DNA of 64,000 bases from Octopus sinensis (lineage: Eukaryota), in the NCBI RefSeq assembly GCF_006345805.1, contig NC_043000.1:65100001-65164000 (forward strand). The letters are read 5' to 3'. Made by a program: the position numbers and the translations under genes. Below are positions 62,838 to 64,000 of this stretch, piece by piece. The notes under the pieces were generated by a model. The model was not told the origin of the DNA and ran no database searches. It worked only from the letters and a program-made list of their open reading frames with translations. Within the stretch, counting starts at the first letter, position 1. Each line of letters opens with the position of its first letter.

Positions 62838-63231
62838 CTTTTTACTGTAGGCACAAGGCCCGAAAGTTTGGGGGAGGGGGCCAGTCGATTAGATCGACCC
62901 CAGGACGCAACTGGTACTTAATATGTCGACCCCGAAAGGATGAAAGGCAAAGTCGACCTCGGCGGAATTTGAACTCAGAACGTAAAGACAGACGAAATAC
63001 CTATTTCTTTACTACCCACAAGGGGCTAAACACAGAGGGAACAAACAAGGACAGACAAACGGATTAAGTCGATTATATCGACCCAGTGCGTAACTGGTAC
63101 TTATTTAATCGACCCCGAAAGGATGAAAGGCAAAGTCAACCTCGGCGGAATTTGAACTCAGAACGTAATGGCAGACGAAATACTGCTAAGCATTTCGCCC
63201 GGCGTGCTAGCATTTCGACCAGCTCGCCGCC
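62838..63231 (-). mobile_element. Dimeric tRNA-derived SINE containing an internal LINE-type tail
   Basis: Monomer 1 (63231-~63067), linker ending gccccttgtgggtagtaaagaaata (63066-63001), then 5'-truncated monomer 2 starting ggtatttcgtctg. Confidence 0.85.
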
Positions 63232-64000
63232 ATCTTAAATCAATTTATAGCATTTAAAAATGAACACGTGTTCTTGACCCCTAACGATGTTAGTTGAATT
63301 GTGTGTGTATCGAATAAATGACAAACTAAGTGCAAATGAAAATCATAATCGAGAGATTAAGATCTGTTAATGCTAATGTTTAAAATATTGAACGCTTTTC
63401 AAATACGTAAAGCGTTCCAAATATTCAAAGATGTATCAAGTAATTGTTGAATAGTTAACAGAATTTGTTCGTAACAATATAGACTCTAGTCATTCTGTTT
63501 TGATTAATGGGAATTTTGAGAAAAATATTTAATTACTTCGTTTCAGCCAATCTACATAATTACACAATAAACTTTTATGATATTTTCAGAAAGTAACCAG
63601 AATGAGGATGCTAAGAACAGATGTTAGAATGACATTGTAGTTTAAGAGAAATACAACCTTCCAGTTTCTTGGTAATAGAAATACCTTTAACGTAGTTTGT
63701 TAGGAAAAGAAGTGTTATTACGATTGGAATGAATTGATAACATCCCGTAGAGCGGGAGATTAAATGCTGTATAAACTTTAATCTTGACTTTATGATTCAA
63801 AATCTCACCAGGTTTTCACACTGATTTTCATTCTTTTGTTGTCAATAAAAATAAATAACAGTGAACACTGGGATAGATTCAGCTTACTAAAATTTAATGT
63901 TGTAACAAATTACAAGAATCAGAGTAAAAGGAATAAACGAAGACATTGTATCGTAACAGTTCAAGAGGACATAAAAGGATTATCGATACATATAAATAAT

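Overview
AT-rich, microsatellite-dense animal genomic DNA. The SINE families and repeat landscape point to a coleoid cephalopod, most likely Octopus (inferred from recognised repeats, not from a database search). Most of the window is decayed mobile DNA: tRNA-derived SINEs, CORE-SINEs, Penelope, R4/Dong-like and L1/Tx1-like fragments, hAT, Tc1/mariner and pogo/Tigger remnants, several MITEs and fold-back structures. Only one reasonable host coding-exon candidate was found (5845-6094). The standout is a 9.3-kb head-to-tail array (23521-32811) of a ~1.72-kb element. It encodes only a 439-aa L1/Tx1-type ORF1 (Gag-like) protein with RRM-like region(s), one CCHC knuckle, an E/K-rich linker and an unrecognised C-terminal domain, and has no reverse transcriptase. 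The array has four full-length and two 5'-truncated units and splits the LTR of a Ty3/Gypsy remnant. An 18-bp sequence (aggtcattagtaggagag) flanks the array and recurs at the full-length junctions. One unit belongs to a second sequence type that differs mostly at synonymous sites, and the units are mosaics. The element's 3' tail is shared with a dimeric SINE at 62838-63231. Together this suggests an ORF1-only, apparently site-preferring and self-inserting non-LTR retroelement with a SINE partner. All alignments and counts were made by eye and need computational confirmation. Many frameshifts in the array look like long-read indel errors.
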